A DNA stretch of 59,832 nt, filler included. It is 5 parts of 5 records of this genome, joined end to end, with 100 filler letters (N's around TTAATTAATTAA, not from the genome) between each part and the next. Parts side by side here need not be neighbours in the genome. Positions count along the whole stretch, not along the records: positions 1 to 16,002 come from DRR723986_7368; positions 16,103 to 29,795 come from DRR723986_7378; 3 more parts are not named here. One strand, written 5' to 3'. Numbering within the stretch: position 1 is the stretch's first letter; each line of letters starts with the position of its first letter. The position numbers and the translations under genes are program-made. The notes beneath the pieces are model-generated. The model had not been told where the DNA came from. It searched no databases and saw only the letters and a program-made list of their open reading frames with translations. Below, piece by piece: positions 8,483-17,952 of this stretch.

Positions 8483-10114
8483 ATGTCGTTCAGAACACCC
8501 AAACTGCTGCAGCCCTCGCGCCGCCAGTTCCTGAAGAGCTCTTCAGCGACGATGGCAGCAGCCGGGAGCATGGGGATGTTGGGAAATTTCCTGGCCGCAC
8601 CCGCCAGTGCGCAGCAATTCGCCGCCGGAATGACTGGCGGCCCAACCGGCTTTGATGGGGCCGAACGGTTCCAATACAATGGCTCCATGTCCGAAGGGCG
8701 TGCGATCGAGGGCATCCGGGCGCTGCGTGCAGCGGGGCGTGTTCCCGAGCGCCTGACCATGCTTCTGACGGACGGAGCCATCGGCCAGATCACCCGTCCT
8801 TTCCCGGATGGGGCGCCGTCCGTCAAGGAAGTCTGGGAACGCGAAACCGGCATCGAGATCGACATCGTGGGCTTCCCGGCGGAAGACATCTTCACCAAAG
8901 TCATGCAGGACGTGACAACCCAGGCCGGATCTTACGACATCTACACCGGTCCGTGGAACTCCACCGGAGATCTCGTGTCTTCCGGCGGTGCGCTCAACTG
9001 TTCCGACTTCGTGGCGCAGTACCAGCCCGACTGGGGCGATCCGGAGCGCGGCACGCCGACACCCGAGATGGAGCGGCTGCTCTACACCTATGCCGGTGAC
9101 TACTACTCGGTCTCGCTCGACGGTGACTTCCAGACCTGGTTCTACCTGCGCGGCATCTATGAAATGCCCGAGGTTCAGGACGCCTTCCTTACGGAAACCG
9201 GGCACGAACTGGCTGTCCCAAACACTTGGGAAGAGGTGGACAGGATTTCCGAATTCTTCACCGGCAAGGATTTCGGCCATGGCACCATGTACGGCAACGG
9301 CAACCTGATGAGCCCGTTCTGGGGTCTGGCGACTTTCTATGCGCGTTTTGCCTCGATGGACTTCCCGAACTTCCACTTCTTCGACGAAAACGCCAATCCG
9401 CAGTTGAACACCGAACTGGGCATTCAATGTGCGGAGGAGCATATCCGCTCCTTCGAATGGACCCCGCCGGATGCGCTGACCTACACTTGGGCCGAAGCCT
9501 ATGCCCAGATGTGGAACCTGCGTGTTCCGCACACTGCAATCTACACCAACCTCGTGAAGTTCGGCGACGGGTACAACGCTGACGGCACGCCACGCTCTGC
9601 GGCAACTGGCATGATCGACAGCCACCTGCCGGTTGGCCGCCGCTTTGGCGACCAGATCAACCGGCGGTCGGTGCTCTACTACCACATCACCGCCTGGGTT
9701 TCGTCGCAGACACAATACCCCGAAGCGGCTTACCTGTTTCTGCAGTGGCTGTCGTCTACCCGCACCTATACATGGATGGCGGGCAACCCGGGCGGCTATT
9801 TCGACCCGATGCAGCAGGCGAACTTCCGCGAACCACTGGTCGCATCGACCTACCAGCAATACTCCATGGAAACGATCCCGGCGACCATCGCGCGCTCGGT
9901 GCCGTCGATCAACTTTGCCGGGCAGACCGCACTCGACAACGCGCTGGACGATGAACTTCAGGCCGCAATCACAGGTCAGAAGACCCCGAGGGAGGCAATG
10001 GACGCCGCCCAGAGCCAATGGGAGCGGATTATCCGTCGCCAGCGCCGCAACGGGATCGAAGAGGCCATCCTTGCAAGCCGTGAAACCTGGCCGACCATCG
10101 TCGACGAAGCGTAA
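8483..10114 (+). CDS. CUT1-family ABC substrate-binding protein with Tat signal
   Basis: SRRQFLK twin-arginine motif, ASA cleavage site, family-1 SBP features (ETGIEI, P.TWEE, AYLFLQWL); RBS GGGAGG. Confidence 0.85.
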   Translation: MSFRTPKLLQPSRRQFLKSSSATMAAAGSMGMLGNFLAAPASAQQFAAGMTGGPTGFDGAERFQYNGSMSEGRAIEGIRALRAAGRVPERLTMLLTDGAIGQITRPFPDGAPSVKEVWERETGIEIDIVGFPAEDIFTKVMQDVTTQAGSYDIYTGPWNSTGDLVSSGGALNCSDFVAQYQPDWGDPERGTPTPEMERLLYTYAGDYYSVSLDGDFQTWFYLRGIYEMPEVQDAFLTETGHELAVPNTWEEVDRISEFFTGKDFGHGTMYGNGNLMSPFWGLATFYARFASMDFPNFHFFDENANPQLNTELGIQCAEEHIRSFEWTPPDALTYTWAEAYAQMWNLRVPHTAIYTNLVKFGDGYNADGTPRSAATGMIDSHLPVGRRFGDQINRRSVLYYHITAWVSSQTQYPEAAYLFLQWLSSTRTYTWMAGNPGGYFDPMQQANFREPLVASTYQQYSMETIPATIARSVPSINFAGQTALDNALDDELQAAITGQKTPREAMDAAQSQWERIIRRQRRNGIEEAILASRETWPTIVDEA

Positions 10115-10183
10115 CGCGACGCCCTCTCCAGACAAGAGGCTGGCCCGGGATGTGCCGGGCCAGTCTGACACGGCACGCAATCA

Positions 10184-11056
10184 GTGGGGTACTATCTCGT
10201 GAAAACGTCTCCCAGCGCGATGGCGCTCAAATACTTTTTCGTTCTTCTCGCATGCGCGGTCGTGCTCTATCCGCTTTTGTGGATGATCACGATGGCGTTC
10301 AAACCTCACCCGGAATGGACAACTGTCGCAGGCCTGACCTGGTTCCCCGAGAACCCGACGCTCCAGAATTTCGAGTTCATCTTCTTTGGCCGGGCCGAGG
10401 GATTGGTGGTCTCGCTTGATCGCACGATCGTCGGGCCGCTAATCGCAAGCCTAGTAACGTCGATCATGGGAACCCTTGTCGCCGTCGTCTGCGGAACACT
10501 GTCATCTTATGCGGTAGTGCGATTTGGGCTTGCGCAATCGCTGCCCCTATCGGTCTTGCAACTGCGCCTTTTCCCGCCGCTTGCCGTGATGATACCGGTC
10601 ATGGTGATGTGGTCGTTCCTTGGCGCCGTTGATACATGGTGGGGCCTGAGCCTGATCTACGGGATCGTAACGCTACCTTTCGCGTTCTGGCTGATGAAGA
10701 CCTTTTTTGAAGAGATCCCGGTTGAAATCGAGGACGCTGCACGCGTGGCGGGCTGTTCCTACTGGCGTGTGTTCTACCGGATCACCTTGCCCATCGTAAA
10801 GCCGGGGCTGGCTACCTGTGCGCTCTTCGTCTTCATCCTGAACTGGTCCGACTATCTGCTGGCGCTTCTTCTTACCCAGAGAGACTGGGTGACTCTGCCT
10901 GTGTACATGGCAACGCTGACCTCTGCCATGGGCGGGCAGATGTACGGAATGAAAGCTGCCCTCGGCGTTATCGCTGCCATTCCGCCCGTCATCTTCGGCC
11001 TGATGATTCAAAAGCACTTGGTGCGCGGCCTGACATTCGGAGCACTCAAGCAATGA
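10184..11056 (+). CDS. ABC permease (MalG-like)
   Basis: Multiple TM segments; FFEEIPVEIEDAARVAG EAA loop. Confidence 0.88.
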   Translation: MGYYLVKTSPSAMALKYFFVLLACAVVLYPLLWMITMAFKPHPEWTTVAGLTWFPENPTLQNFEFIFFGRAEGLVVSLDRTIVGPLIASLVTSIMGTLVAVVCGTLSSYAVVRFGLAQSLPLSVLQLRLFPPLAVMIPVMVMWSFLGAVDTWWGLSLIYGIVTLPFAFWLMKTFFEEIPVEIEDAARVAGCSYWRVFYRITLPIVKPGLATCALFVFILNWSDYLLALLLTQRDWVTLPVYMATLTSAMGGQMYGMKAALGVIAAIPPVIFGLMIQKHLVRGLTFGALKQ

Positions 11057-11985
11057 CCGACCAATCATCAACCGACATCACCTCACGCAAGACACGGTCA
11101 GGATACTGGAACAGTGTCGCACGCGATGGACAGAAGATGGGCTTCTGGTTCGTTCTGCCGACGCTTTTGCTGCTCGTGTTCATCGTCGTTTTCCCCCTGC
11201 TAATGCAGCTTTACCTCTCGTTCACCTGGTGGACGCCCTTGGAGGGTATTCCCTGGTACCAGGCGTGGGAGGTGTTCAACTGGGGCGAAAACTATTGGTA
11301 CATGGTGACCGATCCCCGGTTCTGGGGAGCGCTGTGGCGCACGGTTCTGATCATGATCGTTGCCGTCCCCGCGCAGTTCTTCCTAGGCATGGCTCTGGCT
11401 TATCTGTTCATCGACCAGTTTCCCGGTCGCAAGCTGTTCTACTCGATCATGCTGATGCCGATGATGATTGTGCCAGCCGTGGTCGGTCTGATGTTTTTCC
11501 TGCTCTTTCAGGGAACCGGGCCGATCAACGACCATCTTGGCCTGCCTGCGGAGTTTTCGTGGCTGACGGATGTGAACCGAGCTATGATCTCTGTCATCAT
11601 CGCCGATATCTGGCAATGGACGCCGCTGATGTTCCTGATCCTCTTGGCGGGCATGTTGGGTGTGCCATCTGATCAGCTTCTTGCAGCGCGGTTGCTTGGC
11701 GGGTCGAACTGGCAGAATTTCTTCAAGATCATCCTGCCGCGCATGAAGACGGTAATCGTTATCGCACTGGTTTTGCGGGCGGTTGAATGCTTCAAGATTT
11801 TCGATCTGGTGTTCATCATGACCAATGGCGGGCCGGGCGTTCAGACGGAAACAATTTCCGTCTTCCTCTACAACCAGACCTTCGGCGAACTGGAATGGGC
11901 CTATGTCGCGACCATGGGGCTTTCAATCCTCATCGCGCTTAGCGTCGTTGCGGCGAAAGGCCTGTCCTTGATGGCGAAGAAATAG
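11053..11985 (+). CDS. ABC permease (MalF-like)
   Basis: TM segments; ADIWQWTP, FKIFD, TNGGPG; degenerate EAA loop. Confidence 0.88.
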   Translation: MTDQSSTDITSRKTRSGYWNSVARDGQKMGFWFVLPTLLLLVFIVVFPLLMQLYLSFTWWTPLEGIPWYQAWEVFNWGENYWYMVTDPRFWGALWRTVLIMIVAVPAQFFLGMALAYLFIDQFPGRKLFYSIMLMPMMIVPAVVGLMFFLLFQGTGPINDHLGLPAEFSWLTDVNRAMISVIIADIWQWTPLMFLILLAGMLGVPSDQLLAARLLGGSNWQNFFKIILPRMKTVIVIALVLRAVECFKIFDLVFIMTNGGPGVQTETISVFLYNQTFGELEWAYVATMGLSILIALSVVAAKGLSLMAKK

Positions 11986-11994
11986 GGGGCCAAG

Positions 11995-13098
11995 ATGTCA
12001 TCCATTCAAATCCAGAACGTAACGAAACGCTTTGGCGATTTCACTGCTGTAGACAATATCTCGATCGACATCGAGGAAGGCGAGTTCGTCGCCCTCCTCG
12101 GTCCATCGGGCTGCGGCAAGACAACAACAATGAACATGATCGCGGGGCTGGAAGACGTCAGCGAAGGCGCCATCCGATTTGACGATCAGGACTTCAGCCA
12201 GGTCCGGATTCAGGATCGCAACATCGGCTTTGTGTTTCAGAACTATGCGATTTTCACCCATCTAAGTGTCTACAAGAACCTGTCCTACGGTCTGGAGGTC
12301 AAGAAGGTCGGCAAGACCGAGATTGACCGCCGGGTTCAGGCAATGGCCGACCGAATGAGCATCTCGCATCGGCTGTACCAACCGGCTTCCAGCCTCTCGG
12401 TTAACGAGATGCAGAAGCTTGCCATCGGCCGTTCGGCTATCGTCGAGCCTCGGATCTTCCTGCTGGACGAACCGCTGTCCAATCTAGACGCAGGCTTTCG
12501 GGCCTACATGCGGGCCGAGTTGAAGGTGCTGCAGCACGAATTCGGCCAAACCATGATCTACGTCACCCATGACCAGATCGAGGCGATGAGCCTGGCGGAC
12601 AAGATCGCCATCATCGATCAGGGCAAGCTGATGCAGTATGGCACGCCGCTGGAAATCTACAACAATCCGCAAAATCGGTTTGTCGCAAACTTTGTTGGAA
12701 GCCCGCGCATGAACCTTGTGGATGGTGAGTTGAGAGAGGAACGTGGGGAACTGCACCTGATGCTGCACGGAGGTGCGGAAATCCCTCTGGTGGGTAAGGT
12801 GCGCGCGGACTTCACTAGCGACGCCATGGTGCATAGTGGCTCCTTTGGGATCCGTCCTCAGGACATCTACTTCGGCGACAAGCGCGGCTCGGATGACATT
12901 GCGATGCACGGCAAGGTCGAGGTTTTGGAACGGGTCGGCCCCAAGCGGCTGGCCTATCTGCAGGTTCAGGAAACCATGTTCCTGGCCTTTGACGATCAAG
13001 CGCAGCTGACGGTAGGCGACGAAGTGCCATTTTACCTGCCTTCAAATGCAAGCATGGCCTTCGACTTCGAAACCGGTCGTCGGCTGGGAGGCAACTGA
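11995..13098 (+). CDS. ABC ATPase (MalK-like), degenerate signature
   Basis: GPSGCGKT, LLDEPLSNLD, YVTHDQ; LSVNE in place of LSGGQ. Confidence 0.9.
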   Translation: MSSIQIQNVTKRFGDFTAVDNISIDIEEGEFVALLGPSGCGKTTTMNMIAGLEDVSEGAIRFDDQDFSQVRIQDRNIGFVFQNYAIFTHLSVYKNLSYGLEVKKVGKTEIDRRVQAMADRMSISHRLYQPASSLSVNEMQKLAIGRSAIVEPRIFLLDEPLSNLDAGFRAYMRAELKVLQHEFGQTMIYVTHDQIEAMSLADKIAIIDQGKLMQYGTPLEIYNNPQNRFVANFVGSPRMNLVDGELREERGELHLMLHGGAEIPLVGKVRADFTSDAMVHSGSFGIRPQDIYFGDKRGSDDIAMHGKVEVLERVGPKRLAYLQVQETMFLAFDDQAQLTVGDEVPFYLPSNASMAFDFETGRRLGGN

Positions 13099-13101
13099 AT
13101 C

Positions 13102-14163
13102 ATGTCGGCGATTGAAATCACAAACGCGGTGAAGATCTATCCGGAATTCACGCTCGGCCCCATCAACATGACGGTGGAGCAGGGAGAATTCTTCGGCATC
13201 TTCGGCCCCCCCTCGACGGGCAAGACGTCGATCCTCAAACTTATTCTTGGCCTGCTGCAACCCGATGAGGGCCGTGTCGTTCTGTCTGGCCGTGACGGTG
13301 CGGATATGGACGTGGCTGAGCGTGACATCTCGATGGTGTTCCAGAACCTCGCTCTGTTCCCGCACATGACGGGGCGCGAGAACATCATCTTCCCGCTCAA
13401 GGAACGTGGCGCATCAGAGCGCGAGATTTCGGAGCGGCTGGATTTCGTTTCCGAGGTTCTGCATGTCAGCCATATCCTGCACAAGAACCCCGCGCAGATG
13501 TCCGGGGGCGAACGCCAGCGGATCGCCCTCGGCCGGGCCTTTGCGGCGGATAGCCGGGCCATGCTTCTGGACGAACCGATTGCCGCACTCGATGCACGCC
13601 TGCGTGAAGAGATGCGGGTGGAACTGAAACGGCTGCAGCGCGAAAACAACCAGACATTTGTCTATGTCAGCCATGACGAGGAAGAGGTTATGGCTGTCTC
13701 GGATCGGGTGGCCGTTATCGTCGATGGCAAGATCGCGCAGATTGGCACGCCGGACGAGGTATATAGCAGGCCTAATTCGCTTGCCGTCGCCAAGGTCATC
13801 GGCTCGCCGCCTATGAATCTCTTCCAAGGGTATTTCGATGAGCATGGCGCGCGCTTCAAGGCCGATATCCTGCCGGAAAGCGTTGCAATCGTCGGCTCGC
13901 CGAGAAAGGGCGGCGAAGGTACGCTCGGTATCAGGCCAGAAGACATCTGGCTTGGTGGGAGCGACGGAAACCCGAGTTTCGAGGTGATGGTTTCATCTGT
14001 CGAACCGCTCGGCAGCTATACCATCATTAACGCGTTGCTGGGCGCGCAGATCCTGAAGATCCGCGCGCCGGGTCAGTTGATCCTGAAAGAAGGCAGCTCT
14101 CAGCGCGTCAGCCTAGATTCGCGGCATCTCCACCTGTTCGATGAAACGGGCCAGAGGATCTAG
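13102..14163 (+). CDS. ABC ATPase (MalK-like), second subunit
   Basis: [27 protein letters not shown]. Confidence 0.9.
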   Translation: MSAIEITNAVKIYPEFTLGPINMTVEQGEFFGIFGPPSTGKTSILKLILGLLQPDEGRVVLSGRDGADMDVAERDISMVFQNLALFPHMTGRENIIFPLKERGASEREISERLDFVSEVLHVSHILHKNPAQMSGGERQRIALGRAFAADSRAMLLDEPIAALDARLREEMRVELKRLQRENNQTFVYVSHDEEEVMAVSDRVAVIVDGKIAQIGTPDEVYSRPNSLAVAKVIGSPPMNLFQGYFDEHGARFKADILPESVAIVGSPRKGGEGTLGIRPEDIWLGGSDGNPSFEVMVSSVEPLGSYTIINALLGAQILKIRAPGQLILKEGSSQRVSLDSRHLHLFDETGQRI

Positions 14164-14264
14164 CAATCGCTACAGGGTTCTGGGGTCGGATACCCATCTT
14201 CGAGACGGGTGCCGTTTGGCAGGTCGAAAAAAGCATATCGGGAAATTGGGAAGGCATCGAAAAA

Positions 14265-15218
14265 GTGTCCAGTAAAGACCTACGCATTCGCCATCCGGAG
14301 AAGGCAAAGGCTACCGTCGGGGTGAGCCTTCCCAAACCACCCTGGCTTCGGGTCAGGGCGCCTGATGGTGAGTTGTTCCATAAAACGAATGCAGAAATCA
14401 AAGACCAGCGCCTCGTAACCGTCTGCGAAGAAGCCGCGTGCCCGAATATCGGCGAATGCTGGTCAAAGTCTCATGCGACCTTCATGATCATGGGCGAGAT
14501 TTGCACGCGCGGCTGTGCGTTCTGCAATGTAGCCACGGGGCGGCCGGATGCTCTGGATGTATTCGAACCCGCGCGTGTGGCCGATGCTGTCGCCAAACTG
14601 GGATTGCACCATGTTGTCATAACGTCTGTAGACCGTGATGATCTGGAGGACGGCGGTGCCCAGCATTTCGCCCGGACCTTGCTGGCAATCCGCCGCAAGT
14701 CACCTCAGACCACCACCGAAGTTCTGACACCGGACTTTCGAATGTCGAGTGCGGGCGCCCTTGGAACAGTTTTGTCGGCGCGTCCTGATGTGTTCAACCA
14801 CAACATCGAAACGGTCCCGAGACTTTATCAGAAGGTTCGCCCCGGCGCGCGGTACTTCGGGTCACTCTACCTCTTGAAACGCGCCAAGGAGATGAGCCCT
14901 GACGTGGCCACAAAATCCGGGCTGATGGTTGGCATGGGTGAAAGCACCGAAGAAATTCTTCAGGTGCTCGACGACCTGCGCGCGGCGGATGTGGATTTCG
15001 TCACTATCGGACAATATTTGCAGCCGACTCTGCGACACTATCCGGTCAATCGCTATGTTCCGCCAGAAGAGTTCGAAAGGTTAGAAAAACAGGCACGCTC
15101 CAAGGGGTTCGCTATGGTTTCAGCCAGTCCGTTGACGCGATCCAGCTATCATGCGGAGGAAGATTTCGCACAACTCAAACGCGTGCGAAGTCAACAAACG
15201 ACCGACAGCGCCGTTTAG
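14265..15218 (+). CDS. lipA: Lipoyl synthase
   Basis: [20 protein letters not shown] radical-SAM motif, RSSYHA. Confidence 0.95.
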   Translation: MSSKDLRIRHPEKAKATVGVSLPKPPWLRVRAPDGELFHKTNAEIKDQRLVTVCEEAACPNIGECWSKSHATFMIMGEICTRGCAFCNVATGRPDALDVFEPARVADAVAKLGLHHVVITSVDRDDLEDGGAQHFARTLLAIRRKSPQTTTEVLTPDFRMSSAGALGTVLSARPDVFNHNIETVPRLYQKVRPGARYFGSLYLLKRAKEMSPDVATKSGLMVGMGESTEEILQVLDDLRAADVDFVTIGQYLQPTLRHYPVNRYVPPEEFERLEKQARSKGFAMVSASPLTRSSYHAEEDFAQLKRVRSQQTTDSAV

Positions 15219-15311
15219 GAATCCATATGTCCAGCGTTCTTCCGGCCATTATTGCAGACTGCATCTTTGGGGGCCAATGTCTCGCGCTACACGGGGCGGA
15301 ACCACGCAAAT

Positions 15312-16002
15312 GGTCTTGTCAGATTAACTTGGCTTGAGCCGAGCCGGGGGCTTTCGTAGCCTTTCCGGATGACCAAGCGCTCCCCCTTCAAGTGCTTCAA
15401 ATCCAGCTCCGAAATCATCCGCCTGGTGGTCATGCTGTACGTCCGATTTTCGCTCTCGCTGCGCAATGTCGAGGATCTCCTTCACGAACGTGGTGTAGAT
15501 GTAAGCCACGAGACAGTCCGCTATTGGTGGCACAAGTTCGGGCCGGTGTTCGCATCCGAGATCCGAAAACGCCGGATCGAAGGCATGAAGTCCAGTCGCT
15601 GGCGGTGGTACCTCAACGAGATCTTCGTAAAGATCAACGGCGAGCGGCACTACCTGTGGCGGGCCGTGGATCACGAAGGCGCGGTACTCGAGAATTTCGT
15701 GACGAAGACCCGAGATAAAAGGGCAGCGGTGAAATTTCTTAGGAAAGCAATGCGCGAGCACGGTCCCCCCGAGGTAATCGTCACGGACCATCTGCACTCG
15801 TACGGCGCTGCTCTTAAAGAGATCGGTGCTGCCGAAAGGCAGGAGATCGATCGCTGGTTGCACAATCGAGCGGAGAATTCACACTTGCCGTTTCGACGAC
15901 GAGAGAGGGCGATGCAACGTTTTCGCCGAATGCGAAGTTTGAAGGAATGCGCCGCTGCCCACGTCTCCGTTTTTGTCCGTCGTCACATAAAATGGGACAT
16001 CA
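15312..16002 (+). mobile_element. IS6-family element remnant (transposase from 15369, degenerate, reaches contig end)
   Basis: SLRNVEDLLHERG, YLWRAVD, NRAENSH; putative left IR GGTCTTGTCAGATTAA; first DDE Asp reads Asn (WYLNE). Confidence 0.85.
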
Positions 16003-16102
16003 NNNNNNNNNNNNNNNNNNNNNNNNNNNNNNNNNNNNNNNNNNNNTTAATTAATTAANNNNNNNNNNNNNNNNNNNNNNNNNNNNNNNNNNNNNNNNNN
16101 NN
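16003..16102. other. Artificial contig linker
   Basis: N-run with central TTAATTAATTAA six-frame stop. Confidence 0.99.
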
Positions 16103-16191
16103 TTGCTGCAATAAATGCTATCAAAGGAGCGGTATCAAAACGCGACAGGTCCACACAGTTTTGCATTCCATCCATGAGGCAAGCTTTCGGG

Positions 16192-17340
16192 TCAACTTAC
16201 CAAAATCCTTGCCAGATATTGCTGGAAGTACCAAACTGTACGCTCCTTTGGTGAAAGCCGACCTGGCGCTGCTGCCAAGGCCCCAGCGTTTTTGACGATA
16301 CTGCCAATGATCGGTTTATCCTCATCATTGATCGCGTCAAATCCGGCCTTCAATTCCGCCGCATAGGCTGCGCGCTCAGTTGGGTCTTCGGGAACGGCAC
16401 CGGGATAGTAATCTACCCCCCAGAGCACTTTGACCTGATTGGTGCCGTACGGTTGCAACGAGAGCCAGAAGGTGCGCTCTGCCACCACAGACATCACATG
16501 GCAGGGGAAAACCGCCGACAGAACCGCAGTATTACGCTCCTCTTCTGTCAGCAGGGGGTTGTCTACCTGCATGTCAGAGGCGCGTTCATAAGACTTCCCC
16601 GGGATCCGCCCCTGTTTGTATAGGCTGTGACCGTCACTGCCATGCATCGCATTAGCCAGCTTGGTCGGCATGGCTGGTTCAATGGTTTTGGCGTGCGCCA
16701 CAAACAGGTGATACCCCTCGGTAAAGTTCTGCACTAGGATCTTCCAGTTGGTGTCCCAGATTTCTTCTGCCCGGAACAGGGTACGGTACTTGTCCAGTTG
16801 GTAATTTTCTAGATGTTCCGACAGCAACGTGAGGCGCGGAGCCAGCGGTTTTGCCTCGGGATCCAGTGAAACATAGACCCAGCCCTGCCAGACCTCGATC
16901 TGGAATTGCGGCAGGCAGACTTCTTTTTTGTCGAAGTTATCGCGCATATGGGCGGCGCCAATCAACTGGCCGTCAAGGTTATAGGTCCAGGCGTGATAGG
17001 GGCAGGTGATGCGGCCTTTGATGTTGCCTGATCCTTCCAGCAGGTTTGCCATCCGGTGGCGACAGATATTGGACATGGCCCGCAGATTGTCGTCGCGGTC
17101 GCGCAAAACCACCACCGGATCACGCCCGATGGTCATGGTGCGGTAATCCCCCTGATTTTCGAACTCATCAATCCGGCCCACACAGAACCATTCGCGATTG
17201 AAAATCTCGTCCAGTTCCAATTCCAGAAACTCTGGCGAGGTATAAACCTGTGGCGGCGTTGCTTCTGCGAGGTCATCAGGCAGCTCAGCGTTGCGCTGCA
17301 GCGCCTGCAACAACTCCTCAAGTGGCATATGCGGTTTCAT
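16192..17340 (-). CDS. Rieske non-heme iron oxygenase alpha subunit (GbcA/Stc2/choline monooxygenase-like)
   Basis: CRHR...CPYH Rieske motif; NWK...EGYHLFVAH and DED iron ligands. Confidence 0.88.
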   Translation of the reverse strand: MKPHMPLEELLQALQRNAELPDDLAEATPPQVYTSPEFLELELDEIFNREWFCVGRIDEFENQGDYRTMTIGRDPVVVLRDRDDNLRAMSNICRHRMANLLEGSGNIKGRITCPYHAWTYNLDGQLIGAAHMRDNFDKKEVCLPQFQIEVWQGWVYVSLDPEAKPLAPRLTLLSEHLENYQLDKYRTLFRAEEIWDTNWKILVQNFTEGYHLFVAHAKTIEPAMPTKLANAMHGSDGHSLYKQGRIPGKSYERASDMQVDNPLLTEEERNTAVLSAVFPCHVMSVVAERTFWLSLQPYGTNQVKVLWGVDYYPGAVPEDPTERAAYAAELKAGFDAINDEDKPIIGSIVKNAGALAAAPGRLSPKERTVWYFQQYLARILVS

Positions 17341-17376
17341 TCTTTTCCTCCCAGTCGAATGGCTTGCTTGGGGTGG

Positions 17377-17952
17377 CTAGGTTTCGGCCAGCCCATATTG
17401 TTGCGCGCTGTCTGAAAGCAGCTCCCACAGGGACCGGGCCGAGCTGCGTGGTATCAGAAGGTTGAAATGGTCCTCATCGCGCCAAAGCGTGACGCCCACG
17501 TGATGAAACGCCGTGCTGGCCACAGCCCCAACAGAAAACGCCGAAGAGTGCAGGTTCAGCGGCAGAAAATGATTGAGCAGCGTTTCAGCCCGCGCGCCGC
17601 CAACCCGCAGCCAGCAACGGGCATCCTGCATATCCAGAACCGCGCCCAGATCAGGTGCCAAATTTGGTGTAACATGGGCCGCTCCCGGTGGGCTGAGCAT
17701 CCACCATTTCAAAGGCTCAACCCGCAACAGAACAGTTTCTGCGCCAAATCTGCTCTGCCCTGGAATGGGCGCTGTTGCGCACCCCGCCGCAGATGCAGCT
17801 GCTGCGCCGGTTTGTGCCAGCGTTGCGCCCCAGGCGGCAAACTGCACCAGACCAAAGCCCGAGATCTCGGACAAGGTAACACCCGCAGGACCCGCCACAC
17901 CAAAATGGCCCGTTTTGCGTATGCCGTACAGGGGGGACATTGAATTAGCCAT
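17377..17952 (-). CDS. soxG: Sarcosine oxidase-like gamma subunit
   Basis: Overlaps soxA stop; SoxG-like size and RSSARSLW motif. Confidence 0.75.
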   Translation of the reverse strand: MANSMSPLYGIRKTGHFGVAGPAGVTLSEISGFGLVQFAAWGATLAQTGAAAASAAGCATAPIPGQSRFGAETVLLRVEPLKWWMLSPPGAAHVTPNLAPDLGAVLDMQDARCWLRVGGARAETLLNHFLPLNLHSSAFSVGAVASTAFHHVGVTLWRDEDHFNLLIPRSSARSLWELLSDSAQQYGLAET

